Assembly (NCBI GenBank): GCA_964016885.1
Contig: OZ024740.1
Span: forward strand, 389,298,001 to 389,362,000
Source: Eledone cirrhosa
Lineage: Eukaryota
Length of the DNA stretch: 64,000 nt
Reading direction: 5' to 3'
Position numbers and translations under genes: made by a program. Of this stretch, positions 32,739 to 46,751 are shown in pieces. The notes under the pieces were generated by a model, which worked only from the letters and a program-made list of their open reading frames with translations, had not been told where the DNA came from and made no database searches. The stretch's first letter is position 1; every line of letters starts with the position of its first letter.

Positions 32739-32955
32739 ATAATGATTTCTAGTATAGGCACAAGGCCAGTAATTTGGTGAGAGGGGAAAGTTGATTAAAT
32801 CGACCCCATTACGTTACTGGTGCTTTATTTTATCGACCCCTTAAGGATGAAAGGCAAAGTTAACCTCGGCGGGATTTGAAGTCAGACCGCAAATGGCCAT
32901 AACTCTATGCTGAAAAGCATGGTGTCTGACTCTCTACCGATATTGCCAATACACC
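32739..32955 (-). mobile_element. SINE copy nested in a MITE (32578-33061)
   Basis: MITE sequence TTGGTTGATATTT is interrupted and resumes after the SINE. Confidence 0.8.
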
Positions 32956-34654
32956 GCCCTTTGGTTGATATTTGATAACAGCTAAACTAATCATTACAAC
33001 TAAATTGACCAAATTTGTGCCCCCCCCCCCCTCCAATTCAGAAATACTTCCACCGCCCCTAATGTATGGTGTCAGGGTGCCCTGATTCAACTTAACTAGT
33101 GGGTTTGCACCCATGTGTAGATAGGCAATCCTCCATGTTTTTTATGTTTTATATTGTTATCTTGTGTTGATTATGTTTTATAATAATTCTATACTTATTT
33201 CATGTTTTATAGAATTGTATTTGTTTGTTGTATAGCGTCCTTGTCGCCCTCGTTTTGTATAACTTTGTTTGTTCAGATCCTCATGTATTGCTACCCCTAT
33301 GTTTATATTTATGTATGATATGTGCAAACACTTGTGGCTAATAAAGAAATCATTGCTATTTTTTTACTATTTCAATTGTTATTGTTGTTTTTATTCTTTG
33401 TTTTTGCAACATGCTCCACCATCCCCACCCCTGCTTAGGTTTCTTTTCCCCGTGGGTGTTTGGGGCTCATCACTGTACGCCATCGAAACATTCGTCGATT
33501 TTATAGTATCAACCATTCTCTGGGGTGTATATTTTGTTTAACCCAATTGGTGGGTTGATAGTCTTGTAAAAAGCTTCTTGGTTTTATTTCATCTTTAACT
33601 GGTAACTACTGAATGCTATGAGAAGTTTCTTTTTCTTACTTTTACTTAGTTTCAAATCAGCTCGCACCAAGCTGGCCTTTACTCGAAGGTCATCCAACAA
33701 TTGCCTCCCATCACGTTTTTTTTTTTTCAAGATATAATATATCTTGTACAACACTATCTAATGTGTCCTTCTTTTTTAAGAGTGTGGTGTGAGGAATATT
33801 TGTCTACTAACTCTAGCAGATTGAGCGGTGACGTAGTAGCTCCCACACAATGAACATTTGTTGTTGTTTAGTCCAGTAGCTTCTCTGATCTAGCCGACCT
33901 ATGATCAACAACATTCCAGCCATGGCCATCTCATATTCATACATAGTATATCTAGAAATGCATTATATGTGTCCTTCCTTGTTTAAGGTGGTGAGGTGCA
34001 GTTTGAAAACGATTTAGTTGTTATCTCTAGCAGCCCTTTCTTTTATAGTTGAGGATTGTGCTGTTATTGTTATCGATACCATTGCTATTGAAAATAAAAC
34101 ATAAATTGATCTCCGTCAGTTTCGACTATGAGTATTCAATTGTCCGATCAACTAGCCTACCTGTCCATTCAATTAACGTGTAAGTGACTGGGCATTCTAC
34201 AATTATCCTTAACGTAATCCTCAGTTGGAATTATTGCGACCCAGTGGCTGACAGAGTTGGACGTTTGAATTGCAAATAGGGTCTGTCCGACAAGCTTACA
34301 CACAGTTTATGTCTACCCAATTTCCCACACAAGATCTGGACTGACCCAAATTCTATGGTAAAATACACTTTCCCAAGATGTCGCACAACAGTATTGAACC
34401 CAAGTCATCACGATTGAGAAGTGAACTTCTGTAGCCATCGTTCCTGCTAATAATAAACAATATACGCAATTATTGTATGTATATATGGTCCCGTAACTCC
34501 TGATAGAGTCGTAGGGGTGTCGTATTGACATACGACGTTTCTTGGGCGTGTCTTAAGACTGACAGAGCCTATCCCTCTCCAGGCCTGAATACAGAAGATT
34601 TCTTCCAGAGAAAGATAGAAAGTGAGAGAGAGGAAATGAGAAAGAGATATAGAG

Positions 34655-34820
34655 GAAGAATCGACCCAGTACTAGACTGGTACTTTTTTTATCGACCTCG
34701 AAAAAAAGAAAGACAAGGTTGAACTCGGCGGGATTTGAACTCAGAAAGCAGAGAGCCGGAACGAATACCAAAAAGCATTCTATCCGACGTTTTAACGACT
34801 CGGCCAATTCGCCGCCTATA
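34655..34820 (-). mobile_element. tRNA-derived SINE copy (older variant)
   Basis: CTCGGCGGGATTTGAACTCAG and CTGGTACTT. Confidence 0.75.
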
Positions 34821-34928
34821 CGTAATCATTAGAGAGAGGAAAAATGAAATTTATTGAAGGATCAGATTATTATTGGAAGCCCACCACAAAAATGAAAAAA
34901 TAAAATATGATCAGCCTAGCTATATTAG

Positions 34929-37900
34929 TGTTATGAAGTTCATCTATCCTCAATATAACTTTGTTTTATTGCATATCTTTCTTTTCTTACAAATATTATT
35001 GTTATATTTCTTCAAGACTAATTACTGTTTTTATATTCTAGATATTAAATAAAAGCTTGGAATTGGAGCTTTAGTTTTGCAATATTAGAACGCAATATGA
35101 TATTTGTTACAACTGTTTCGTTCCGAGACTAGACGTTTTGTGGTATTCGTTTCCACCCTTACTCTACCTTCAAAGCTTGCTACATTCTCAATACCAATGG
35201 CTCAATTAAAAATTCCACATCCAACATTCCCAAATGACCCCACATCCGAGCAATGGCGATGGTGGCGGAAGTGTTTTGTGGATTCCCTACTCATAAACGG
35301 CATAGTAGAGGACAACCATAAATTGACCTACCTTCGTTCACAAGCTGGGGCCGACCTATTTAGTTTACTCGAATCTGCAGAAAACTTCAACGAAGCACTA
35401 ATCACCCTGGATACTCAATTCTTAGCCCCCAGTCGTATACTCTATGCCAGACATCAACTCCTAACATGCCGCCAAAAGCAAGAAGAAACCGTCCGAGAGT
35501 TTATTAAAAGACTCAACCTTTTAGTGGAAAAATGTAACTGTAAAGCCATCACAGCTAAAGACCACAGAGATATGTTGATCCTGGATTCACTAGTAGCAGG
35601 AGTCCAATCAGACGCTATACGAGCACGTCTCCTAGAGCTGGACGATACTCAAGCAAACCTGCATAGCAATGGCAAATGCAATAGAACTATCCAGTGATTT
35701 TACTAAATCATTTAACCTAGACGTCTCTCTGAATTCATCAACACTGTCAACTACATCCTCTCAAGAACCTACCGTAGCAGCTACAAAATCAAAACAACCT
35801 CTTCTGAAATACTTGAAAAATGCTAATTCCCAAAGTGAATTTAAATGCTTTTTTTGTGGACTTTCTAGGCATCCTAGAAATAAATGCCCAGCTAGAAAAG
35901 ACATATGCTATTCTTGTGGGAAGATCGGCCACTGGCAATTAGTCTGTAAATCTGACTGCCAAAGCAGTAAGCAAGCAGCCTCACTTATATGTTCATTAAA
36001 TACCGGCAAACAGTCTAAAGCTATTCTCTGCCCGATAACTATAAAAGACACCACACTAAAGGCCTTAATCGATCCTGGTTCCACAGATTCGTTTATACGT
36101 CATAGCATAGCAACTGAATTAAACTTGAGCGTAAAACAAGAAAAACGGGCAATCACACTAGCCGACAATAAAATATTAATGACGACTGGTACTACATCCA
36201 TACCGATATGTATCTACAGCGAGGAATACTCTGTGAACCTAATCACTGCAAAAAGTCTTGTCGCAGACGTCATTATCGGAATGGATGTCCTCACCCAGCA
36301 TAGATCTATTATTCTCCACCTTGGCGGTGCCCGACCTCCCATGAAATTTTCAAATCAACTATGCTGTACCTTTCCGACAATAAAAGTTAATCCGCTTCTT
36401 GTCTTCCACGATTTAGCCGACACAAATATCAAGCCGATTGCCACTAAGGGACGTTTCATTAACAAGAAAGACGACAATTTTATTAAGTCCGAAATAACTC
36501 GCCTCCTAGAAGCCGGTATCATTGAGGAATCAATTTCACCTTGGCGAGCTCAGTGCTTCATAGTACACGGAAAGAAACCTCGACTCGTGGTAGACTACTC
36601 CCAGACAATTAATAAGTATACACAATTGGATGAGTATCCATCCCCCGACATTGAGGATGTTGTTAACAAAGTGGCACAGGATAAATATTTTTCAGAATTC
36701 GACCCCAAATCAGCGTATCACCAAGTACCTTTAAGAAAAATTGACAAACCTCTAACGTCATTTCAGGCTAATCACAAACTCTACCAATTCTGCCGCTTAC
36801 CCTTCGGCGTGACTAACGCTGTACCTGTTTTTCAGAGAATTATGGATCAAGTTATAGAGAAATATAACTTACTCAAAACCTATGCCTATATTGACAACGT
36901 CATAGTCACGGGAAATACCAAAGCTGAACATGATAGAAATGTGGAAGCATTCTTAAACGCCGTGAAGACAGAAAACCTAACTCTTAACTCGGATAAGAGT
37001 AAAATCTGCCAAACGAGTATATCTATACTAGGTTATAACATTCAGAACGGAGTAAAGAAACCCGATAAGGAACGCATCAAAACCCTACTAGACTACCCAA
37101 TCCCAACAAACAAACAACAACTGAAACGATTCCTTGGATTCCTAGCCTATAATGCTAGGTGGATTGCCGATTACTCGAAGAAAATCCAACCACTATTACA
37201 AGCTGACTCGTTCCCGCTGAATAAAGTAGCTACAGATGTAATACAAGCCATGAAAGCAGATATCTCTAATGCCGCTCTTAGCATTCCTCTTAAAACTGGC
37301 CACGCATTGGTAATAGAAACAGATGCGTCTGGCGATGCAATCGGAGCTATACTTTCTCAAAACGAACGGCCCGTGGCCTTCCTGTCGAGAACACTTACAC
37401 CGTCCGAGGAAAGACAATCAACTATGGAGCGAGAAGCTATGGCTATTATTGAAGCTGTACGGAGATGGTCGCACTACGTGAAGTGTTTTCATACGATTAT
37501 ACGGACTGACCAAAAATCAGTAGCCTTCATTTTCTCGAGTAATAAATCACGAATCAAAAATGATAAAATATCTCGCTGGCGTTTAGAACTATCAGAGCAT
37601 CAATTTGACATTGACTACAAACCCGGCTACCTCAACACCCAAGCCGATTGTCTTTCAAGAATCGCTGCAGTTATATCGCCACCCTGTGATTTAAAAGTAC
37701 TCCACGACCAACTTAGCACACCCAGGAGTAACTAGATTTTACGATTATATCCGACGCCATAACCTGCCCTTTTCCGTAGACGAAATCCGCGACTTCGTCA
37801 AAAACTGCGTATCATGTTTGGAGTGCAAGCCAAAATTCTTCAAGCCTCCATCTGCTAAACTCATTAAGTCAACAAGGCCGTTCGAACGTCTGTCAATCGA

Positions 37901-38952
37901 TATCGTTGGACCAAAACCAAAATCTTCAAAAGCAGGAAACATATACTTATTGACTGCAGTAGACGAATTCAGCAGATTCCCTTTTGCTTTCGGTATGCGT
38001 GACATCACCTCAAACACTGTCATTAACTGTCTCAAACAAATCTTCTCAATATTCGGAGCTCCCTCATTCATACACTCCGATCGAGGAACTCAGTTTCTCT
38101 CCAAAGAATTTGATCATTTCTGCTTGTCCAATGGTATATCCCACACGCGCACTTCGCCGTACCATCCACAAGGAAATGGCCAAAACGAGCGCTACAACGG
38201 AGTCCTCTGGAAAGGAATTCAATGCATGTGGGAAGATATCATACCAGAAGTTCTTGCCTCGCAACGATCACTTCTCTGTACAGCGACTAATGAGTCACCC
38301 CATAACCGCATATTTAGATTCGATCGAAAGGGTTCCTTAGGATTTTCCCTACCAGATTGGCTTAGAGTTGGAAACGACGCCTATATTAGAAACTTTATTC
38401 GTACAAAGAACGACCCATTAGTGAATAAAGTTATTATCTAACAGATCGTGAATGCTAATTTCGCGGTTGTCAGATATCAAAATGGAAGATCTAGTACAGT
38501 CTCAACAGCAGACCTCTCCCCTGTCCCAATTAATTGTCAAAATAATGACAATCAATCCATCCAAGAAAACAGTTCGATTAGCAGTCCTGCTGATATGCCG
38601 AGACCACTTAACATCGACCACAGTAACGATCTACTCTTAGATGAAACCGTGATTGATTTAAATCCCGTGGCAAATAGCACTAGCATCCTACCGCAAGTTC
38701 CTGTTGACCCCGTGAGACGAAGCAATCGTATACGCGTAGCCCCCAAGCGCTATATTGAAGAACAATAAAATCGGCGAAGAATGTTATGAAGTTCATCTAT
38801 CCTCAATATAACTTTGTTTTATTGCATATCTTTCTTTTCTTACAAATATTATTGTTATATTTCTTCAAGACTAATTACTGTTTTTATATTCTAGATATTG
38901 AATAAAAGCTTGGAATTGGAGCTTTAGTTTTGCAATATTAGAACGCACAACA
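34929..38952 (+). mobile_element. Near-complete young Ty3/Gypsy LTR retrotransposon with 5-bp TSD ATTAG
   Basis: LTRs 34929-35094 and 38782-38952, one mismatch over 166 aligned bp; TG..CA outer ends; ATTAG at 34924-34928 and 38953-38957. Confidence 0.96.
35197..38768 (+). pseudogene. Gag-PR-RT-RNaseH-IN polyprotein with frameshifts at ~35660 and ~37720 and an in-frame TAA at 38439
   Basis: Two CCHC knuckles, LIDPGS protease, SPWRAQ..DY..LPFG..YIDN RT, ETDASG RNase H, HHCC and IDIVGP..SDRG..ER integrase; Gypsy domain order. Confidence 0.93.
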
Positions 38953-39529
38953 ATTAGTAAGTAAATACTTTTGGGGGGGGGGGGGGGGGGGGGTCTATTA
39001 TTCATTGTAATAAAATGGGAATTTATTATTAGAAAAAAAGAAACATGTGACATAGTTTAGAATACACCACACTGAATTCGATGTAGACAAGGTGTATTTG
39101 CCTGGCATCTACGAAGAAGGTGGAATCGTACAAATATACAATTGCTGTAAAAAGATTTTGGTAGAACTAAGAAAATGCCGTATAGGAAATAAAAACACTC
39201 TTCGAATTAATTGGTGAACATGATAAAAGTGACAAAATGAAGACAAAAACCTATTTCACTATAGATAAGATGGCTATTGTGTACAGTATTAAAGATAAGA
39301 ACAGCTGACAAAGCAAAGAAAATACAGCATGAATCAAAAGACTTGAAGATATATCTATACTATAATAAAGGGAGGAGTCATTATAAAAAGGTGACAATAT
39401 AAACCCTTGCATTATCAGTATCTCACATGACAGGGCTGTGCTTAATATCAAAGAAATTCAAAAATAGCTTGACAGTGCTTCTGCAATAACTAAAACAAAG
39501 GACTTCGCATAATTACGAAGTTGACTGAG

Positions 39530-39900
39530 GGCGGTGGAGTGGCAGTATCGGTTGAGCGTCGGACAACATGGTTTGTGGTATTTAGTTACGGCCATTTACG
39601 TTCTGAGTTTAAATCCTCCCGAAGTTGGTTTTGCCTTTCATCTATACGGGGTCGATAAAATAAAGTACCAGTAACGCACTGGAGTCGATTTAATCAACTT
39701 TCCCATCCCCCAAAATTATTGGCCTTGTCTAAATCAGAAACCATACGGGGTCGATAAAATAAAGTACCAGTAATGCACTGGGTAATTGCTGGCCTTGTGC
39801 CTAAAGTAGAAACAATTATTTAAGTATCACTATTTACGATCTCGATTCAAATCCTGCCAGCATCATCCTTCCGAGATCGATAAAAAAAAGAACCAGTAAC
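39530..39900 (+). mobile_element. SINE cluster: full copy, duplicated 3' half, further fragment
   Basis: A box TGGCAGTATCGG; ATACGGGGTCGATAAAATAAAGTACCAG occurs twice. Confidence 0.85.
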
Positions 39901-40469
39901 GTACTGAGGCAAATTTAAGAGAAAGCTTCCCGCCACCACTAACAAATATATTGAACTCGTCTGTTTTCTTTTTTCTCCCAAACATCGTCTCTTCTTTCTT
40001 TATCTATTTTCCAATGAAAGACTAGCTTCCGAAACACTAACACACTTTTCCAACAATATTAACCGTTGAACTAATATGCCATCAATGGATTGTATTGTTC
40101 TCCTGTGATGTTTTACCTTTGTTGACTATCTGAGCAAAATGGTTGGAGAACATCCATTAGTTCGGCTGGTCTCGCTTGGGAATCTAGTCGGATCAATTAG
40201 AAATGGTTGCTTCGGTTACTTCTAACAGGACCCGCTGGAAGAAGAAGAAGACTATCTAATATAGAGAGGTATTGTGTCTCTAAAACCTTAGGAAGTGGAA
40301 GATGAACAATTTTGAAGTCCATTTGATCGACTTTCACTTTGCTATGATATAGTTCTAGATTCAATCCCATTGCATCGTCTACTAGTCTCCAGTCTGTTCA
40401 AATCTGTCAAATGGACAATAGTTTTACAGGACTCTTAGCCTTTGGGTGTCTTTAAGATTATCACAACTC

Positions 40470-40680
40470 TACACTAAAATGTGTTCAAGAAAATTCTATT
40501 TAAAATATTCATAAATATCCGATGACGTATTCCAGGGTAACATTCAAATGTAATAGTTATGCCATAACAAAATTTAATAAATTTAGCTACCTCTATCCTA
40601 TCATGGACCAATTGTCTGGAATCATTTTGTAAGCAAAGATGCAACTCTTCCAGACTCAAAAAATGGAATAAAAAAAACAA
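40470..40680 (-). pseudogene. Possible hAT transposase C-terminal fossil
   Basis: LEELHLCLQ..V.KF resembles LN.LN..LQG motif. Confidence 0.3.
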
Positions 40681-40751
40681 TTAACCACAATGTCCAAAGC
40701 AGTTCTGGGACTTTGATATGCGTAATCAATAACTAGCTATCTCAGCGTAAC

Positions 40752-40868
40752 GTTCAAATCCCGCCGAGGTTGACTTTACCTTTCATCCTTACGGGGTCGA
40801 TAAAATAAAGTACCAGTAATGCACTGGGTAATTGCTGGCCTTGTGCCTAAAGTAGAAACAATTATTTA
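40752..40868 (+). mobile_element. SINE copy
   Basis: Same body and tail. Confidence 0.9.
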
Positions 40869-41076
40869 TATTCAGTTTGACTAAAATATCCGTCGAGTTT
40901 CAAATCTGCCTCCTTTCTTTGCATAATATACAGTGTTACCGAACATAATATACATTCCGACCTCACCAACCAAAGTCAAGAGCACCGGCAGATACCTCGG
41001 GTAGCTCAAACAGTTTATCAAGTTCGGGACTTTGAGGGCGACGATGTCCGTCACATATGAGGCATACGATATCTTT

Positions 41077-41266
41077 AATAATTGTTTCTACTTTTTGGCA
41101 CAAGGTCAGCAATAACCCAGTACATTACTGGTACTTTATTTTATCGATCCCGTAAGGATGAAAGGCAAAGTCAACCTCGGCGGGATTTGAACTCAGATCG
41201 TAAAGGGACGTAACTATGCTGGAAAGCATGGCGTCCGACCCTCTACCGATACTGCCAATCCACCAC
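41077..41266 (-). mobile_element. Full-length SINE copy
   Basis: A and B boxes, body and tail on minus strand. Confidence 0.92.
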
Positions 41267-41670
41267 TGTCTTTAATAATATCGCCTTTTTGTTTCAGGTG
41301 TTATTTGAGTTATGCATTTGTGGCTTTCATTCCAGGAACCAGCAAGTGTGATTCCTTTTAGGTTGAAAGTGAGTGAACTTGGAATCTATTTGGAGTTGTA
41401 GTTGTTTCCTTTCATTAACTGTTATAATCGGATCACTTTAGGTGGCATAATTATTGACTTGGCGTTTGATACTTGTAATAAAGCTATCACTTTAAGTGTC
41501 GGTTAGGCTGTCTAAGTGCCACTAATGTGAAATAGCATACCTTGAAGTTACAAGTACTGGTTATTTGTATGGCGTAGAATGTTTAAATGTCTAATCCAAA
41601 AACAAAAATATAAAAATGGAAATATATGAAATATTGGGAGATTGATTATAAATAGACCCAGATATAATTG

Positions 41671-41856
41671 CAGACCTGCCAACCTCTAAAAATCCAAACA
41701 GAGTGTACCACGAAAAAAAGTGCCCCCAAAACGGAAAGAAATGGGTAGATTTTACATAATGAAAACTATACCCATTTTCACAAGAGAAGACATATCTCAG
41801 CAACCCCAAAGGCTATTACAAATCTCCCCGACGGACGGGGAGAGTTGAGATGTCTG
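41671..41856 (+). mobile_element. MITE with CAGACCTGCCAAC termini and 6-bp TSD (TAATTG/TAACTG)
   Basis: Homologous to 62095-62303 and 62733-62907. Confidence 0.8.
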
Positions 41857-41969
41857 TAACTGCTACTTTGGGTGTGGTTAAAATAAGATTAGCAGAAAGC
41901 AGATACAAAGACTCACAAAAAGGTACAGTTCAAGAAATAAAACAGCAAAATAACACATATTAGCTACTT

Positions 41970-42275
41970 GATGGCAGAATTAGTAGAACGTCGAACAAAA
42001 TACCTTATGGTATTACGAATCTTTACGTTTTGAGTTCAAACTCTGCCTTTCGTCCTTCTGAGATCGATAAAATAAGTACCAGACGATATAATTGTTTCTA
42101 CTTTTGGCACAAGGCCAGCAATTATCCCAGTGTATTACTGGTACTTTATTTTATAGACCCCCGTAAGGATGAAAGGCAAAGTTAACCTCGGCGGGATTTG
42201 AACTCAGACCATAAAGGGCCGTAACTCTTTGCTGCAAAGCATGATGTCCGACCCTCTACCGATACTGCCAATCCA
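41970..42275. mobile_element. Two convergent SINE copies (41970-42085 +, 42088-42275 -)
   Basis: Shared SINE body in both orientations. Confidence 0.85.
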
Positions 42276-42702
42276 ATGACAGGAGGCCAAATAGGTTGAA
42301 TTTCCTTAATTATTTATTTCTGCAAACACTATGCACATTTCAGTAGCCATGTTGCGTAAGAACCCGGTGACATCTTCAGGTGTAAATTGCATAATAGATG
42401 TATACCAACGGAATGATGGTAAACATATTCCAAGAGGCAACAAGCAAAGAAAAAAACAGAGAAGAAAAAGTGCGTTTATATTTTTGAGCCAGAGTGCATG
42501 ACCCTCCCCCAATAATTATATTTTTCTCTCCAAACTACCAATCTATTTGTATATGCGCTACAATTTATGTATATGTTATGTTTATCGCATATCGAAGTTT
42601 TTTTATATCTTGGTTGATATTTGATAATAACAGCTAAACTAATCACTACAATTATATTGACCAAATTTGGTCCCCGCCACTTCAGAAATGTTTCCACCGC
42701 CC

Positions 42703-42740
<38 letters not shown>

Positions 42741-42819
42741 AAGTTCGAATGAGTTGATAATACAACTGTATATAAAGCTAAAAAATATTAAAAACTCAAT
42801 ATGATTTTATAGTCTATAG

Positions 42820-45428
42820 AGAAGAATATAGAAGTTGAAGGACCCCACAGCCAGTAACGAATTTAAAAGCATATTACTTGATGCTTTTGATAGTAAGGAA
42901 GAGCAATTAGAGACGTACAATATAGAGAAACAGTGGGAATTCTTGAAAGTTAACCTGCTGAAGGCGACAGATGAAATATGTGGCTGGAGCAGACCTATAG
43001 GCAGGAGGAGAGTAACTTGGTGGTGGAACAGTAAGGCGGAGGAGACAATCAAGGCCAAAAAGCACGCTTGGAAAGTATGGCGGGATGGGGGAAGTAGAGA
43101 ACACTATCAAGTGGCCAGGAGAGAAGCTAGGAGACAAATGTACTTGGCAAGAAGAGAAGCAGATGATAGAAAGTTCAAGCATGTTCTACAACACGAGGAC
43201 CAACAACGTGGGGTGTTCAGGATTGCAAGGCAATGTGTCAAGGAAAACCGTGATATTGTCGGGGAGACGTGTGTGCGTAATGATGATGGTGTACTTGCCC
43301 TAACTGATACTGATAAGAAGGTAGCTTGGAAGTGTCACTACGAAAGGCTACTAAATGAGGAGAATAAATGGGAAAAAGATAGTCAGCAGTACAAGTTAAT
43401 GGTAGAATAATAAGTAAGGCAATCAAAGATATGAAGACAGGCAAGGCAGCTGGGCCTTCGGAGATAGTTGCTGAGATGTTGAAAGCATCTGGAATGGTGG
43501 GACATACTATGGTCACCCGGATAGTAAACCAAGTGATACAGAATGGGGTCAAACCAACTGACTGGCGTAGCAGCAGCATCATTAACTGCTACAAGGGTAA
43601 AGGAGATGCTCTAGATAGGGGAAACTATAGAGGCATTAAGTTAGTTGACCAGGTCATGAAGGCCACAGAAAGAGTTATAGCACAACTAATCAGAGAGCGA
43701 ATTGATCTAGATGAAATGCAGTTAGGGTTTGTCAGGTAAAAGTACCACAGACGCTCTTTTTCTTGTACAACTACAGGAGAAGTACCTAGCTAAACGTAAA
43801 CCCCTCTACTTAGCTTTTGTTGTCTTGGAGAAAGCCTTTGACAGAGTCCCCCGCTCCCTTATCTGGTGGGCGCTTAGAAAACTAGGTGTAGATGAATGGC
43901 TTATGAGAGCTATACAAACCATGTATAAAGAAACCGTCAGCAAGGTTAGAATTAACAATGAATATAGTGAAGAATTTAGCGTAAAAGTTGGTGTTCACCA
44001 AGGCTCTGTCCTTAGCCCCCTCCTATTTATTATTGCCCTTCAGGGTATAACAGAGGAGTTTAAGACCGGCTGCCCGTGGGAACTTCTATACGCAGATGAT
44101 CTAACACTCATAGCTGAATCTATGGCTGAACTAGAGAAGAAATTCCAAACATGGAAGCATGTCCTAGAATCAAAAGGCCTTAAAGTTAACTTGTCTAAGA
44201 CTACAGTTCTAGTATGTAGGTGCCCTCTGGGAAATGGCCATGCTCAGTGTGTAGGAAAGGAGGGGGTAGAAATTCCATTTTATGTCCCAAATGCAAACTA
44301 TGGGTACATAAAAGATGTAGTGGGATCACAGGTAAGCTATCTAACAACGTAGATTTTATATGTGGCCGATGCTCAGGTGCAATAAGTAGCAAGTGCCTAC
44401 AGGATACTCGCTCCTTCTATTGCCCAGATGGTTCTATAGAAATAGTGGACACTTTCCGTTACCTGGGTGACAAAATCAGCAGTGGTGGAGGGTGTTCTGA
44501 AAGTACAGTAACCAGAGTCAGAACGGGATGGAAAAAGTTCAGAGAGCTTATTCCGCTGTTGGCCACAAAAGGTTTCTCTCTAAAAAGGAAAGGTAGATTG
44601 TATGATGCCTGTATACGAACAGCAATGTTACATGGCAGTGAGACATGGGCATTGTGTGAAGAGCACCTGAGCAGACTGGAAAGGAACGAAGCATGCATGC
44701 TCTGTTGGATGTGTAATAGTAATATACGCGAACGGCAAAACATAAATGAACTAAGTGGAAAATTAGGAATAAGAGGGATCAGATGCTGTTTACTGGAGAG
44801 AAGACTACGTTGGTGTGGTTACGTGATGCGCATGAAAGACGACAGCTGTATAAAAAAGTACAGGGCGATCAAAATTGATGGAAGTTACGGAGTAGGCAGA
44901 CCCAGAAAAACCTGGGACGATTTGATAAATTCAGACCTTACACACTTCCACCCCTCTAAGACAATGTCACTGGAGCGAGATCTTTGGCGCCACGCAGTAA
45001 TACAGAAGACCCGCCTTGCCTATGTACAAAGCGAAACCTACAGTCAGTAGGCACCTCTTAACCAAATATACACCCAAATCCAGTACCCCTACTCTATCCT
45101 CCCACTAACACCACCCTCTCTCTGTAAAGTTGGTACCACAACATCCAGTCCAAATAAATGAGATAATGAGATCGAGATCGTGTAGGTGTCACGACAAAAA
45201 AACACACAGTCCACGCTGTAATGTGACCGTGTAGGTAACACGGTAAAAACCTCCCACTCCACACTGTAAATGTGGTTGGTGTTAGGAAGGGCATCCAGCC
45301 GTAGAAAACCTGCCAGACAGTCCTATACGAGCGAGACCCGGTCACCCGACCAATCTTGCCTCAAGTGGACAATTCCCATCTAACCCATGCTAGCGTAGAA
45401 GATGGACGTTAAACGATAATGATGATGA
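42820..45428 (+). mobile_element. 5'-truncated, frameshifted RTE-PHD LINE with (GAT)n tail
   Basis: ORF pieces 42835-45050 closely match the 59038 ORF; TWWWN, GKAAGPSEI, LYADD, PHD. Confidence 0.95.
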
Positions 45429-45571
45429 GTCTACAAGATAGGCAATAAACAGTCCAAAGTTTAATCTAATGGATAAAATTCTAATCATAGTTGTGTCATA
45501 ATTTCACAAAGCATATATATATATATATAAACGAAAGTTTAGACAAGGATTATTATTAAAAACATTTAATG

Positions 45572-45641
45572 GACTTACAAACGTTTCGCTAGACTAACAG
45601 GAATGAAGAGTTCGTTCCAGTAAGAATAGCTCATCAGAGTC
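45572..45641 (-). ncRNA. Canonical type I hammerhead ribozyme with extended stem II
   Basis: GACT-CTGATGA-GCTA..TAGC-GAAA-C(GTTT)GTA-AGTC; downstream tail ends in (TA)n at ~45513-45530. Confidence 0.88.
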
Positions 45642-46370
45642 AATTAAATACAAATCAAATACCTTATGTGTGTATGGTGTGGTGTGCGGTGGCCGGAGGC
45701 TGGGGAGTGCTTGACCGGAAGGGCCAGCAGGTCTGCCTCTCTCTAGGGTGGTCAGCGAATGTGGTGGACGTCAGTTTTGGAGCTCCCGGTTAACGAGTTG
45801 GATTGTACGCACGTGGGAGAGGAGAAACCAGCCATTGGATTAGCGGTGCCAGCGGTAAGTGAAGTAGCTTTTTCTAACCACACCTTACATATTTTTTATT
45901 ACACCAATGGGAGAAATATACGAAATTGGAAATATAATGGGGAAAACGTGAAGTTTCCTAAGTCACTAAACATTTGTTTTAATTATAGATATATATATAA
46001 TTACTGTTTTATGCATCAATAGTGTTTAACGTTCTTTTAATATATTCTGAAAGTATTTTTCCATAACTTCACTTACAAAGTGATCATAAACTTTATAATT
46101 ACATTAGTATACATCTAACTCTATTTTAAAGTATGTTATTCTTTTTGTAACGATATATCATAATTAGTGAAATATTTACTGAACGCAAATATTCCATCAT
46201 TCATAAATTTCAATTACCATTTTAGGCTTATATAATTTCAACGTTACAATTTCGCTTATTTCTTCCACTGGCATATTAAAACATGCAAGGTAAATTATTT
46301 GTATTATATAATGTTAGCTATTTTTACTGGAATGAAGTTTCCATTCCTGTTAGTCTAACGAAAGTTCGTA

Positions 46371-46610
46371 CAGCGGTGTCCAGAGCTCTGGTGATGCCCG
46401 GGGCAAATCTTGATTGTATGCCCCAAAGACTCCAGTATAAAGCCTAATATACTGAGAAATATTATGAGAAAGGAAAACATTTTGAATATATAAACAAAGA
46501 TGAAACATGAAATAAACTCTTTATTCGATTTTAATATAAATGCTCCCCCTCTGCACACTACTGCTTTCGTAAGCCCATTAAATGCTTTAATGATAATCCT
46601 AAGCCACTGA
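46371..46610 (+). mobile_element. Probable MITE (CAGCGG..CCACTG ends)
   Basis: Short imperfect inverted termini, GC-rich ends. Confidence 0.4.
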
Positions 46611-46751
46611 AGCATGTGTTAAAGTTATATCTGTATATATAAAATAGAAGTAACGGAAAATGCGTATATAAATTTACACATTTTTAGTATATAGACATGT
46701 AAACGTGCCAAATGTACGTATTTCCCTGAAAATTAAAAAAATATATAAACA

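Noticed and set aside
33470-33500. CGAAACATTCGTC resembling a hammerhead 3' half
   Set aside because: No upstream core or stem II found
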